From: an uncultured Dehalococcoidales bacterium
GTDB lineage: Bacteria; Chloroflexota; Dehalococcoidia; GIF9; AB-539-J10
DNA length: 53,526 nt
Direction: 5' to 3'
Assembly (NCBI GenBank): GCA_964561465.1
Contig: CAZLPP010000004.1
Location: 1 to 53,526, forward strand
Part shown: one piece after another, positions 8,549-18,825 of the stretch
How the letters are laid out: each line of letters starts with the position of its first letter
Numbering within the stretch: position 1 is the stretch's first letter
Program-made: the position numbers and the translations under genes
Notes under the pieces: generated by a model
What the model saw: the letters and a program-made list of their open reading frames with translations, nothing else
Database searches by the model: none
Told to the model about the DNA's origin: nothing

Positions 8549-11314
8549 TCAGCCGGTCAACCGGCCGAGTTGCTCCAGCGTGGCTTCCAGCGCCGCAAGC
8601 TCTTTGCCGTAGCCGGCCCAGTCGCCCTGCTTCAGGTACTCCTGCGCCCGGGCGAACTGCTGCTGCGCCTGCTCGATGAGGCCGCGGATATCGTCGGGGA
8701 ACTCGCCGCCAGGTGTCGTCGGCACGGTTGGCGTCTCGGGAACGCCCGTGGCTCCCTCGCCGAATATGGCGTTGAGGCACCCGGCCAGCGTGTCCCGCAT
8801 GGCGATCTCGTCGCCCGCCGCCACGATGACGCGCTTGAGCTCGGGCAGTCCGCCGGTGTCGGCCTGGAGGAAGACGCCCTCGACGTAGATGGTGGATTCT
8901 CCGATGGGAATCACCAGCAGGTTGCCGCGGATGACGCGCGAGCCGCCGCGGCTCCACAGAGCGAGTTGCTCGGTGATAGCCGTATCCTGCTGGATACGGT
9001 TCTCGATCTGGGTCGGACCGTAGATGAGGCGCTCCTTGGGGAACTGATAGACCAGGAGCCGCCCGTAGTTGTCGCCGTCGCACCTCGCTGCGAGCCAGCC
9101 GATGGCGTTGTTCTTGTTTGACGGGGTGAAGGGCAGCATGAGCAGGAACTCCTCACGCTCCTCGTCCGGCAGCCTCATGATGACGTAGTACGGCGCTATC
9201 GGCTGCACCTCGCCGGCGTACGTCTCGTTCGGTATGGCCCAGAGGTCCTCCTTGTTGTAGAAGACGCGCGCGTCCTTCATGTGGTAGGCGCGGTAGACGG
9301 AGGACTGGATATCGAACATGTCGACCGGATAGCGCAGGTGCGCCTTCAGCTCATCCGGCATCGCCTCCAGGGGCTTGAACACTCCCGGGAAGATGGACTG
9401 GTACGTCCGCAGTATCGGGTCGTCGGGCTCAGAGGCGTAGAAGTCGACCGTGCCGTCATATGCATCGACAACGGCCTTCACGCTGTTGCGGATGTAGTTC
9501 GTGCCGGACGGCAACGGCTCCGAGTAGGGGTACCGCGTCGTCGTCGTGTAGCCGTCGATAACCCACGTCAGCCTTCCGTCGAGGACGACGATGTACGGGT
9601 CAGTGTCCAGGGTGAGGAAAGGGGCGATGTTGCTCACACGGTCGCGGATGTTGCGGTGATAGAGCACCTTGCTGTCGCGGGTGATCTGGCTGCTGATAAG
9701 GACGTTGAAGTCCGCGAACTCCCATGCGTAGATGGCTCTTCGGAACAGGCCACCGATGGGGACTCCGTCGGCGCCGTCATAGACCGTGTACGCGTTCGTC
9801 TCGCCGACCGGGTAGTCGAACTCCTCGGTGCCTGTGCCGACTATCACGTAGTCGTTCGTCTTCTCACCGAAGTAGATCTGCGGGTGTGTGATTGGCAGCA
9901 CGCCGCTGGGCGGCAGGTCGCGGATCCAGAGGACCGGCAGTCCGCTCTCAGGGCTGACCTCGTTCACGGGACTCATGGCGATGCCGTATCCGTGCGTGTA
10001 CTGCAGCTTCCGGTTTACCCACGTCTGCGCCGCTGAGGGAAGCTGCTCTTTGGTGAGCTCCCTTGCCGCCAGCATCACCTGACGATAGGCGCCGTCGATC
10101 TGGTAGCGGTCGACGTCCACGTCCACGAAGTCGTAGTACAGGCGTATGGACTGCGTCTGGTCGTAGGTATCCAGCAGCGGCCGGTGGTCCCACAGCCGTA
10201 TGTTCTGGATGGTGAGGTCATTGTCTGCGATGTCCTGTGCGCTGGGCATCGGTTCGGCGGGGTAAGCCTTCTCGACGATGCGATTCAGGCCGAATGCCTC
10301 GCGGGTGGAGGCGATGTTGTACTCGATGTAGGGCGCCTCGAGCTGCAACTCGTTCGGCTCGACCTGGAGACGCTGCACGAGACCCGGAATGACCTGCCCG
10401 ACGATTATGCCGAGAACGACCCAGGCGCCGATGCCGTAGGCCGCCCACCTCAGCTTGCGACGAACGAGGGCGAGGAGTATCAGGCAGCCGAGCAGCAGTG
10501 TCGTGACGAACAGCGCCCACTGAGCGGGCAACTGTGCGTGCATGTCGGTGTAGCTGGCGCCCGAGACCGTGCCTCGCGGCGAGTACACCAGGTCCCAGAT
10601 GCCGAGCCAGTAGCTCAGCGCGGCGAGCAGCGCGATCGCGATGGCGAGTCCGCCGACATGTGCAAGAACCGGGCGGGCGTTGTCGAAGGCCCGCCGCTGT
10701 GAGCCGTAGCTGATGGCGTAGACCGCCAGTACGGCGATGAGCGTCAGGACGACCGCCGTCAGGAGCCAGCCTCTGACCAGGCTCAGGAACGGCAGCGTAA
10801 AGACGTAGAAGCCGGCGTCCCTGAAGAACACGGGGTCGGCCATGCCGAACGGCTGACCATTCTGAAAGCGCAGCACCACCTCCCAGCTCGCCTGGGCGGC
10901 AAGGCCGAACATGACGGCGAGAAACGCCGTGACCACGCCGACCGCCGCCTTTGAGACGCGCTTGAGGAAGGGGGCTATCGTCTGAGCGGCACCGGTGGCC
11001 TCGCCGCGGGGTGAGAGCCGCGCGGCAAGGAGGATGTTGCCCGCGAACAGCGCCGCGAACACCAGGGCGGCGCCGAAGAACAGCAGGATGCGGGCCTGCA
11101 GGATGCGCGTGAACACCGCCTCGTAGCCCAGCGACTGGAACCACAGCCACTCGGTGAAGAGGTTTCTGGCCGTGCCGGCAACGGCCAGCAGGAGAAGGAC
11201 CACGGCCGTGACAATCAGCCACCTGCGGCCGCCGCTACGGCCGCGGCCGCGCTGCTGCCGGCTTGCGCCGCCATCGGAGAACCAGCGCTCGAAGTCTCTC
11301 TGGAATGAACTCAC
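8549..11314 (-). CDS. UPF0182 family membrane protein
   Basis: WFQSLGY, DPVFFRDAGFYVFTLP, NIRLWD, DVDVDRY, YTHGYG, NYIRNSVKAVVDAYDG, GDWAGYG; start placed at GTG 11314. Confidence 0.95.
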   Translation of the reverse strand: MSSFQRDFERWFSDGGASRQQRGRGRSGGRRWLIVTAVVLLLLAVAGTARNLFTEWLWFQSLGYEAVFTRILQARILLFFGAALVFAALFAGNILLAARLSPRGEATGAAQTIAPFLKRVSKAAVGVVTAFLAVMFGLAAQASWEVVLRFQNGQPFGMADPVFFRDAGFYVFTLPFLSLVRGWLLTAVVLTLIAVLAVYAISYGSQRRAFDNARPVLAHVGGLAIAIALLAALSYWLGIWDLVYSPRGTVSGASYTDMHAQLPAQWALFVTTLLLGCLILLALVRRKLRWAAYGIGAWVVLGIIVGQVIPGLVQRLQVEPNELQLEAPYIEYNIASTREAFGLNRIVEKAYPAEPMPSAQDIADNDLTIQNIRLWDHRPLLDTYDQTQSIRLYYDFVDVDVDRYQIDGAYRQVMLAARELTKEQLPSAAQTWVNRKLQYTHGYGIAMSPVNEVSPESGLPVLWIRDLPPSGVLPITHPQIYFGEKTNDYVIVGTGTEEFDYPVGETNAYTVYDGADGVPIGGLFRRAIYAWEFADFNVLISSQITRDSKVLYHRNIRDRVSNIAPFLTLDTDPYIVVLDGRLTWVIDGYTTTTRYPYSEPLPSGTNYIRNSVKAVVDAYDGTVDFYASEPDDPILRTYQSIFPGVFKPLEAMPDELKAHLRYPVDMFDIQSSVYRAYHMKDARVFYNKEDLWAIPNETYAGEVQPIAPYYVIMRLPDEEREEFLLMLPFTPSNKNNAIGWLAARCDGDNYGRLLVYQFPKERLIYGPTQIENRIQQDTAITEQLALWSRGGSRVIRGNLLVIPIGESTIYVEGVFLQADTGGLPELKRVIVAAGDEIAMRDTLAGCLNAIFGEGATGVPETPTVPTTPGGEFPDDIRGLIEQAQQQFARAQEYLKQGDWAGYGKELAALEATLEQLGRLTG

Positions 11315-11533
11315 TCCGCTCCACCTTTCAGCGCACGCCCGTGCGCCGTTGCCCGGACTCGAGGGCGCGCGAACGCGACCCCGTGACACAATAGCATCGC
11401 ACCGCCGCCACGGTCAAAGGGCCGGTGCTCACCCTGAGGCGATTGTACTTCAGGTCGGCATATTCGTTATCCTTGTGATGGTCGGCGGCTCGAGTGCCGT
11501 TGCCGGCGGGCATCGCGAAGGAGGTTAACGCGG

Positions 11534-11974
11534 ATGGACAGGAGCAGGAGTTGGACCGTGCGAACGGTCTACCTGTACGTGGCGACCCTGGTCGGCCTTG
11601 GGCTCATCATCGCCGGAGGTGTTCAGGCGTTCGAACTTGTGCTGAAGGCGACTATCCTGACTCAGGCCGATGCCGAGGAGCAATCTTGGGCGAGGCAGCC
11701 CCCTATGCCTTACGCCCTCGACGCCGTGAAAGACATCGACAGGTTGGACGCGTTGACCACCGAGCAGAAGGCGCTGGTTGCCCAGTGGCTCGATGACTAC
11801 GAGCGGTGGAGCGAGCAGCAGAAGCAGCTGGATGTGGTACGGGCCCGCAGGGAGCGCCAGGCGGCCACCGCGCTCGGCCTGCTGTTCGTCGGCATCCCGG
11901 TGTACCTGTATCACTGGCTCACGATACGCCGCGAACTGGGTCGTCCGGGGGATGCGTCCGCGACCCCAGCCTGA
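11534..11974 (+). CDS. membrane protein, DUF5671-like
   Basis: RTVYLYVATLVGL ... VGIPVYLYHW pattern; GGAGG upstream. Confidence 0.7.
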   Translation: MDRSRSWTVRTVYLYVATLVGLGLIIAGGVQAFELVLKATILTQADAEEQSWARQPPMPYALDAVKDIDRLDALTTEQKALVAQWLDDYERWSEQQKQLDVVRARRERQAATALGLLFVGIPVYLYHWLTIRRELGRPGDASATPA

Positions 11975-11994
11975 CGGCGCTGGTTGCGCGCGAC

Positions 11995-12741
11995 CTACGT
12001 GACGATGGGTGAGGCTGAAGCGTCGAACGGATTCGTACGCACCGCCAGTGAGAACAGGTAGGGATAGTCTCGCTTCAGGTGCCTGACGTACGCAAGCCAC
12101 TCCCGTGCCAGTTGTCCGTACACGCGGTCGATATCCCCGGCCAGATGCCTGACGTCCGACTCCGGCAGTTCAGGAGCGCCGTTGCGCGCCATGAGTTCCT
12201 CCGTCAGATGTGAGACAGCCATGAGCAGGGACGTGAAGCGTTCGTGCTCGAGCAGATTGGGGTTCTCGGTCAGGCGCAGGAAGAAGTCCCTCTTGCATGC
12301 GAGGAACTCCCCCAACTCCCGCAGGTTGACGGATGCCGGGTCGACCCTGTACGTGTAGGCCCTCATGGCGGCGTCGACTCTGTCGAAGTCCGCTTCGCTC
12401 CAGAGCGTGGTCAGCTTGAGCTTGTCGCGCATCGCGGACAGCCTTGCATCCCACCCGGCACAGAAACGCAGGAGCCCGGTACCCGCCTCGGTGAAGAAGG
12501 CGTCAATGACCATGTTCAGCTTCTGCAACCGCAGCAGCTTCTCCCTCCGGTTCAGCAGCTCGTGGATGATGAGGGTCACCATGAGCACTTCCAGGAAGAC
12601 GAAGGCGATGTCGCCGACGAGATACAGGAAGATGTGGTGTGCATCCCTGAACAGCAGGAAGTGGATGTAGTAGACGACCGCCGACAGGGCAACGAGGGCG
12701 ACGCCCAGTCGCACCTGCCACGATGCTAGCAGTGCACGCAT
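11995..12741 (-). CDS. conserved hypothetical membrane-anchored protein
   Basis: Two N-terminal TM segments, KLNMVIDAFFTEAG, ENPNLLEHERF, YPYLFSLAVRTNPF; AAGGAG before ATG 12741. Confidence 0.75.
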   Translation of the reverse strand: MRALLASWQVRLGVALVALSAVVYYIHFLLFRDAHHIFLYLVGDIAFVFLEVLMVTLIIHELLNRREKLLRLQKLNMVIDAFFTEAGTGLLRFCAGWDARLSAMRDKLKLTTLWSEADFDRVDAAMRAYTYRVDPASVNLRELGEFLACKRDFFLRLTENPNLLEHERFTSLLMAVSHLTEELMARNGAPELPESDVRHLAGDIDRVYGQLAREWLAYVRHLKRDYPYLFSLAVRTNPFDASASPIVT

Positions 12742-12816
12742 GTCAGTCTCCTTCCACCGGGGCGAGGACTCGCCCGCCCGCAGCCAGGCGCTCCCGGCGG
12801 CCACGCCGGGTTGCAG

Positions 12817-13332
12817 TCAGGCGTTCTCTCCGAGATAGCGCCCGTCGTACGGCCGCTCGACGGCGTCTTCCAGCCGGGTGAACACGAGTTGCGCGATGCG
12901 CGCTCTTCGCCCCAGGCGGAAGCCGTGCGGATTGTGGACGACGAGCAGCCCCTCGGCGCGTCCCGAGTAACCCGGGTCCCAGACGGCCGAGTAGAGCATG
13001 GCGCCGCACCGCAGCAGCGAGGAGCGGGGATATGCCAGCGCCATGACGTCGTGCGGCAGGTTGACCGTCTCTCCGTATACCACGTGGTACCCGCCGCAGG
13101 AGAGTTCAACCCAGCCGTCGACCCAGGGTAACTCCTCGCGCGATGCCAGAACGCGGCCGGAGTTGTCGAAATCGATGGCGCCCGATGATGTGAGGCGCGA
13201 CACGGAGCGCACGGTGAGGTCGACGCCACAGGGCTGAACCTGCAGAGCTTCGTTCAGAAGGTCGGCCACGAGGGGCGGCGAGCAACGCAGTCCGGCTCGT
13301 ATCTCCCGGTCGGTCAGTATGGACGATGACAT
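12817..13332 (-). CDS. dut: dUTPase of the trimeric dCTP-deaminase-like (archaeal-style) family
   Basis: QVQPCGVDLT, PRSSLLRCG, WDPGYSG, RIAQLVF, YDGRYLGE. Confidence 0.85.
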   Translation of the reverse strand: MSSSILTDREIRAGLRCSPPLVADLLNEALQVQPCGVDLTVRSVSRLTSSGAIDFDNSGRVLASREELPWVDGWVELSCGGYHVVYGETVNLPHDVMALAYPRSSLLRCGAMLYSAVWDPGYSGRAEGLLVVHNPHGFRLGRRARIAQLVFTRLEDAVERPYDGRYLGENA

Positions 13333-13459
13333 CGTAGTGCGGCGGCGCGCGGCGCCTATTGTACCCTACCCGGTTGTGGGCGCGGCCGTGCGCGCTCCTG
13401 GCCGGTTCACACCGTATATAATAGCGTCGCACGTCTGCGAGAGTACGGAAAGCGCCAAC

Positions 13460-14008
13460 ATGGTCTGGAAGGTCATCGCTATCGTGGGGATGCCCGGCGC
13501 CGGGAAGTCGGAGCTGGCCGAGTTCCTGCGTTCGAAGGGTTTCCGAGTGGTGCACTTCGGAGATGCCACCGCGGACGAGCTGGCGCGCCGCGGTCTGCCG
13601 GTGAACGAGGCGAACGAGCGCCTGGTGCGCGAAGAGCTTCGAGCCCGCGACGGCATGGCGGCATATGCCATTCTGAACCTCCCCCGCATCGAGGCTGGCC
13701 TCGCCTCGGGGCATGTGGTCGTGGACGGGCTGTACTCCTGGGAGGAGTACCTTGTGCTCAAGCAGCGATACGGCGACCGGCTCCTCACTGTTGCCGTGAC
13801 CGCCTCGCCGGCAACGCGCCAGCGGCGGCTCGCGTCGCGGCCTGTGAGACCGCTTTCGGCGGAGGAAGTGGCGAGCCGTGATCGGGCCGAGATAGAGAAG
13901 ATAAACAAGGGCGGCCCCATCGCAATGGCTGACATAACGCTGGTGAATGAGGGGACGCTGCCGGAGCTTCTGCAGAAGGCGGGGAGCGTGCTGGAGGCGG
14001 TCGCATGA
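13460..14008 (+). CDS. P-loop nucleotide kinase (dephospho-CoA-kinase-like / UPF0200-like)
   Basis: Walker [34 protein letters not shown]; start moved to ATG 13460. Confidence 0.8.
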   Translation: MVWKVIAIVGMPGAGKSELAEFLRSKGFRVVHFGDATADELARRGLPVNEANERLVREELRARDGMAAYAILNLPRIEAGLASGHVVVDGLYSWEEYLVLKQRYGDRLLTVAVTASPATRQRRLASRPVRPLSAEEVASRDRAEIEKINKGGPIAMADITLVNEGTLPELLQKAGSVLEAVA

Positions 14009-14487
14009 GCGACGGCAAGCGCCCGGACATCGACTCCTACTTCCTCAAGATAGCCTCGGTAGTGGCGGAGCGCTCAACCTGCCTGCGTCACCATGTCGGC
14101 GCCGTTGCGGTGAAGGACAAGCACATACTGACCACCGGCTACAACGGCGCGGCGGCCGGGCTGAAGGACTGCCTCGAACTCGGGTGCCTGCGAGACCAGC
14201 TCGGCATCCCGTCCGGCACGCGCCACGAGATATGCCGCGCCATCCATGCCGAGCAGAACGTCATAATCCAGGCGGCGCTGCACGGCGTGAGCCTGTCCGG
14301 CGCGACCATCTACTGCACGCACTCGCCGTGCGTCCTCTGCGCCAAGATGCTCATCAATGCGCGCATCGCCCGCTTTGTGACGTACGGGACGTACTCGGAA
14401 GAGTCCTTCCGCGAGCTTTTCGATGAGGCAGGCATCCGTTTCGACCGGCTTGAAGCTCCCGCGCCGGAGATCGAGCTGCTGAGATGA
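14005..14487 (+). CDS. dCMP/dCTP deaminase (ComEB family)
   Basis: RSTCLR, TGYNG, zinc motifs HAEQN and PCVLC; ATGA overlap with the kinase. Confidence 0.92.
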   Translation: MSDGKRPDIDSYFLKIASVVAERSTCLRHHVGAVAVKDKHILTTGYNGAAAGLKDCLELGCLRDQLGIPSGTRHEICRAIHAEQNVIIQAALHGVSLSGATIYCTHSPCVLCAKMLINARIARFVTYGTYSEESFRELFDEAGIRFDRLEAPAPEIELLR

Positions 14488-14936
14488 CTTCCCCCGAAGA
14501 GCGTCCACACGAGCCGGCGTCCGGGAATGGCGCCTTGACGCCGCGCGTAGCTGTCCCTTCCAGACCGTGCCTGCGCTATCTCGCGGTCTGGTGTGTCATC
14601 ACTGCCTGCGGCGCGGCGCTCGCAGCTCTGGGGGCATTCCTGGCAGCCCGTATCATGGAAGGCAGAACGACTGGCATCGGAGATATCGTTGCGGTCGTCG
14701 TCAGCATGCTCGCCGGTCTTCCGCTGGGTGCGTGCGCCGGGGTTGTGGTGCTGCGCCGCGTGTTCCGTTGGCCCGGCGGCCTGGTGAGGGGTGTCGTCGG
14801 CGCCTTCCTGGGCGCGGTGTTCGTGATGCTGGCGGCGGAGCCGCTGCGCCTGAACGCGGACACCGACCTGTTGCTCGTCACCTATGCGCTGTGCATCACC
14901 GTGTTCGCCACGGTCGGCTTCGTCTCCCGGAACTGA
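14484..14936 (+). CDS. hypothetical membrane protein (about 4 TM)
   Basis: ATGA-coupled to the deaminase; four hydrophobic segments. Confidence 0.6.
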   Translation: MTSPEERPHEPASGNGALTPRVAVPSRPCLRYLAVWCVITACGAALAALGAFLAARIMEGRTTGIGDIVAVVVSMLAGLPLGACAGVVVLRRVFRWPGGLVRGVVGAFLGAVFVMLAAEPLRLNADTDLLLVTYALCITVFATVGFVSRN

Positions 14937-14991
14937 TGTTGCCGGACGGCGCAGGCAGGGTCACGGGCACGTGAACCGCGTGCGGGCGGCG

Positions 14992-17157
14992 CTATCCCCG
15001 CCAGACGTAGGTGTACACGTAGTCGATGCTCCCCTCCGGACTGCCGGTCCGGATGATCACCTCGGTCGTGTTCCAACCTGCACTGCCGGCAGGGATTCGG
15101 ATTAGCGCTTCCTCGCTCTGTTGGGCTGTCGGCGTGGCGTTGCTCAGCCTCTGATGGAACGCCACCTCTTTCGCCATCGGGCCGGTGATAGCGAGGTCGA
15201 ACTGGGGCGACCAGTTGTAGTTCGGCATCTGGTCGTAGACCACCGAGCTGCTGAGCTGTAGCTGGACGCCGACCGGCGCGTCCGGCTTGATGCACTCGGG
15301 CAGGGCTGTCCAGGTGCCGGAGCACGAGGTGGTGGCAAAGCGGTCGTCTGCCGGCCGGGTTGCGTCGTGGTACAGCCGGTACCGGCCCGACGTGGAGAAC
15401 CGCCCGTCGCTTGATGTGAAGTTGAGGTCCTGCCAGCCTTCGTTCTCCTCGGTCATGTAGGCGTTGCGCGTGGTCACCGAGTCGAGCACCCACCCTCGGC
15501 ACTCCTGGTCTCCATACTTGACGTTCACGTACATGAAGTCGATGTACTCCCACGCGCGATTCTGAGGATCGTGGTTCCGATCTCCGTAGACCTCGAAGCC
15601 GAGCAGATTGTCGCCGTCATTCAGCTCGTACTTGCCATCTGAATCCCGCTCGAGGACCGCGCCGTCGCGATACACCCTGATGACAATCGGACACAGTGCC
15701 TTGCCACCCAACAGGATCTTCCTGGCGGGGCTCTCAAAGCCATCCGTCAAAGGCACGGGCGTGTCCTGCGTCTCACCTATCAGGAGCTGATACTGCGGAA
15801 AGACGTCCCAGCCGATCTTGCCGGACCTGAACTCATCCCAGAGACGCCCGATCTCGCTCCACTTGACGTACGCGGTCTTCGCACCGTAGCGGATGGTTTC
15901 GTACTGTTTCCCGTTTCCCGCAGCGATATCGGCGGCGTTCGCCGCGGAGTTGTACGGCTTCAGGGCCCCGTCCTTGAATTCGATGCGGCGTTCCGTATCG
16001 CCCGGGTAGTTGGGGTCCGCGATGTAGAGATTGTTCTGGTGCACCCGGTAGCAGACCATCGCGTGCCCGCCGCCTGCGCTCGAATAGATGCCGACGTATT
16101 GCGGCTCTCCAGTGAGCTGGATGGCATACGCGAAGGCTTTGAGTGTGAGCTCGTCCCTGACGTTGAACAGGGCATGCATCCATCGAGATGCGTCGCTGCC
16201 CCAGTTGCTTGCGGATTGGGTGTGCGCGGTGAACCTGATGCCGCGCGAATCGTCCTGCCAGAGCCCAGGAGTGGCAGGAGGAACCCCATTGCGGTCGTAC
16301 CGGCCGTAGAGCGTTCTGCCAACGCCATCGGGCTGCTCGCAGAAGTACCACATCGCGCTGATCGCCTGGCCGGCACACTTGCCGTTGGGCGTATTCCACG
16401 TACCGTAGTTCGGGAACTGCCAGTCGTCGATGCCGGGACGGAAATGCGAGTCGATATCGGACTTGAGAAGGTCATCCAGTAGCGTGTTGTTGATGAGGCT
16501 GACGAGCAACCAGCTGAAGTGGCCAGTGACGATGGTGATTGAGTCAGGTTCAACGCTGCTGAACGGGATGCCTTCAAGCGTGCCCTTCGCCTCATCGTAG
16601 TAGAATGCCATGGCGAAATGGTCCCGCGGGATGACCACCGGTATGCGCATCGTCATCGGCTCGTCCGAGTACGCGCCGCCGTTCTCGACGGTGATGAGGG
16701 GTGTCGCTGGATTGAAACGCTGCCCGAACGTGTGCCCGTTCACCGGCGCGTGCGAGATGTTGAACTGCTTCGCCTCAGGGTAGGCGCCCGGAGGCACGGT
16801 CAGCTCCAGTCCGTCGAGCGGGTCGCCGGGCTTGCTGACTCGCACCGTCCCTCCGGACGGCTCCACGACCTGGGAGGCCACGACGGTCGCGGGGCCGGCG
16901 CCGATGGTTCCCGTGGGACGCGGTGGGCGTGGGGCGGATGGTGACGAGTTCCCCTGTGAGCTTCCTGGGGCGTTCGACGAATGGTCGATGATGTCTTCGA
17001 CTACCTCACCGATGGCCTCTCCGGCCGTCCCAACTGCGTCCTTTGCCTTCTCCACCAGACTGTCGACGTCAACTGATTTGCAGGCTGTGCCGGGCACGAC
17101 CGCGACCAGCGCAAGAAGCATCGCAGTCAGCACTCCTGGGACGGTCTTGCGGTCCAT
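14992..17157 (-). CDS. large lipoprotein with ZU5-like domain and putative papain-fold catalytic domain
   Basis: Signal peptide ending GTAC; S/P/G linker; GGTV...LELTVPPGAY...TGHFSW; GKCAG / GGHAMV / YIADPN; GGAGGAG before ATG 17157. Confidence 0.75.
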   Translation of the reverse strand: MDRKTVPGVLTAMLLALVAVVPGTACKSVDVDSLVEKAKDAVGTAGEAIGEVVEDIIDHSSNAPGSSQGNSSPSAPRPPRPTGTIGAGPATVVASQVVEPSGGTVRVSKPGDPLDGLELTVPPGAYPEAKQFNISHAPVNGHTFGQRFNPATPLITVENGGAYSDEPMTMRIPVVIPRDHFAMAFYYDEAKGTLEGIPFSSVEPDSITIVTGHFSWLLVSLINNTLLDDLLKSDIDSHFRPGIDDWQFPNYGTWNTPNGKCAGQAISAMWYFCEQPDGVGRTLYGRYDRNGVPPATPGLWQDDSRGIRFTAHTQSASNWGSDASRWMHALFNVRDELTLKAFAYAIQLTGEPQYVGIYSSAGGGHAMVCYRVHQNNLYIADPNYPGDTERRIEFKDGALKPYNSAANAADIAAGNGKQYETIRYGAKTAYVKWSEIGRLWDEFRSGKIGWDVFPQYQLLIGETQDTPVPLTDGFESPARKILLGGKALCPIVIRVYRDGAVLERDSDGKYELNDGDNLLGFEVYGDRNHDPQNRAWEYIDFMYVNVKYGDQECRGWVLDSVTTRNAYMTEENEGWQDLNFTSSDGRFSTSGRYRLYHDATRPADDRFATTSCSGTWTALPECIKPDAPVGVQLQLSSSVVYDQMPNYNWSPQFDLAITGPMAKEVAFHQRLSNATPTAQQSEEALIRIPAGSAGWNTTEVIIRTGSPEGSIDYVYTYVWRG

Positions 17158-17466
17158 CTCGATTCTCCTCCCGCGGAAGCAACTCATCGGCCTTGGGCAC
17201 GGGATGGTGCTTCACGCATGCCTGCCGGTCAGCCTGCCGCTGTTGCGCTGGTCGCCACGATGGTTCACAGGGCGCCGGAGGACGAATGCTGGTACCCGGC
17301 GCCGCGAAGCCGTCAGAGATTGACGCGCTTTCTCCGTCTGGCAGCGGCTGGCGGGTCAGTGTACCGGGACAAACGAAGATGCACAAGAAAAGCGGAAGCC
17401 CTGAAACCCGATTCCGCCCGGGCGAGGATGGACCTGCCGTGGCGTCGAGAGGCAGACAGGAAGAGC

Positions 17467-17541
17467 TGGAGCGGGCGACGGGATTCGAACCCGCGACGTC
17501 CTGCTTGGGAAGCAGGCACTCTACCGCTGAGTTACGCCCGC
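17467..17541 (-). tRNA. tRNA-Gly(CCC), CCA encoded
   Basis: Reverse complement GCGGGCGTAACTCAGCGGTAGAGTGCCTGCTTCCCAAGCAGGACGTCGCGGGTTCGAATCCCGTCGCCCGCTCCA. Confidence 0.97.
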
Positions 17542-17553
17542 CCGCGGTTCCTG

Positions 17554-17583
17554 ATTATCCGCCGAGCGCCCGACGGGTGTCAA
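17554..17583 (-). promoter_or_regulatory. promoter of tRNA-Gly
   Basis: TTGACA-N18-GATAAT ending 12 nt upstream of the tRNA. Confidence 0.65.
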
Positions 17584-17589
17584 GGCGCC

Positions 17590-18825
17590 CTACTCGGGGA
17601 TGAGTGTCATGAGCTTGCGAGCGATGTCCGGGTACTTGCAGATGAACTTCAACTCGTCGGTCGTCAGCGGCTTCTGAGCGAGCACGTTGGCGTACCGGGC
17701 CAGCTCAACCTTCTGACGCGCGTCCTCGGCGTCGGTGAACGACACGGCCATCCGGCCCATGATGTGGCGGAAGCCGGAGACGCCGCCGTATTGGCCGGAG
17801 CATATCTCCCGGCCGGTCTCCACCAGTTCGGGCTCTCCGCGGCCCAGGTCCTCGTAGCTGTAGAGCTCGTAGTTTTCGGGGTCCTTCAGCACTCCGTCCG
17901 CGTGGATTCCCGATGCGTGGGCGAAGGCGTTGACGCCCACGCCGGGCTGGTTGATTGGGATCGGCACGCCAAAGGCATAGCTGGCGTACTTCGCAAGCTG
18001 CCACGACTTCTTCAGGTCGAGGGACTTGCCGATCTCGTACTTGTCGGCGAAACCCTTGGACTTCGTCACCGCCAGCACGGTCGCCACGAGGTCGGCATTG
18101 CCGGCGCGTTCGCCGATACCGTTGACGGTGGTGTTGATGTAGACGTCTTGCCCGCCGTCAAGCACCCCCTTGGCGCCGGCAAGCGAGTTGGCCACGGCCA
18201 TGCCGAGGTCGCCGTGGCAGTGGACCTCGAGCGGGAGCTCCACTGCCTCGGCCAGCGTCTTCATGACGTCATAGATGCTGAAGGGGTTGTCATAGCCGAG
18301 GGTATCGCAGTAGCGGACCCTGTCCGCACCGTGCTCTTTGGCGGCTTTGGCGTATTTGACAAGATACTCGGTGCTCGTACGTGAGGCATCTTCTGCGTTC
18401 ACCCCGACCGAGGCGGCGCTGTGGCTATGGGCGGCATCGACCGCCTCCGTCATGCTCTTGATGACGTCATCGCCCGTGATGCGGCCTCCCCACTTGCCGT
18501 TGATCATCTGGGGAGACGTCGATATCGAGAGGTTCAGGTGCTTCAACCTGGGCACCATCGCGAACGCCGTGTGCACGTCTTCCGGCACGCCGCGGACCCA
18601 GCCTGACAACCGTATCGGCTGCATCCTGCCGTTGCCCTGGTGCTCGAGGTTCGCCTGGAGGTACATCTGCTCGTGTTTGGTCGTGGGGAAGCCGAACTCC
18701 GACTGAAACACCCCCATCTTGTTGAGATAGCGGTTGATCATGGTCTTGGCCAGTTTGGAGAGGCCAAGATGCGCTGTCTGAACGCCATCGCGGTTGGTGA
18801 CATCGATGAAGTAGATCTTGGGCAC
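17590..18825 (-). CDS. homocitrate synthase family (DRE-TIM) enzyme, probably Re-citrate synthase
   Basis: DVTNRDGVQ, NAEDASR, HCHGDLGMAVANS, GIGERAGNA, HASGIHADG; no LeuA regulatory domain. Confidence 0.8.
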   Translation of the reverse strand: MPKIYFIDVTNRDGVQTAHLGLSKLAKTMINRYLNKMGVFQSEFGFPTTKHEQMYLQANLEHQGNGRMQPIRLSGWVRGVPEDVHTAFAMVPRLKHLNLSISTSPQMINGKWGGRITGDDVIKSMTEAVDAAHSHSAASVGVNAEDASRTSTEYLVKYAKAAKEHGADRVRYCDTLGYDNPFSIYDVMKTLAEAVELPLEVHCHGDLGMAVANSLAGAKGVLDGGQDVYINTTVNGIGERAGNADLVATVLAVTKSKGFADKYEIGKSLDLKKSWQLAKYASYAFGVPIPINQPGVGVNAFAHASGIHADGVLKDPENYELYSYEDLGRGEPELVETGREICSGQYGGVSGFRHIMGRMAVSFTDAEDARQKVELARYANVLAQKPLTTDELKFICKYPDIARKLMTLIPE

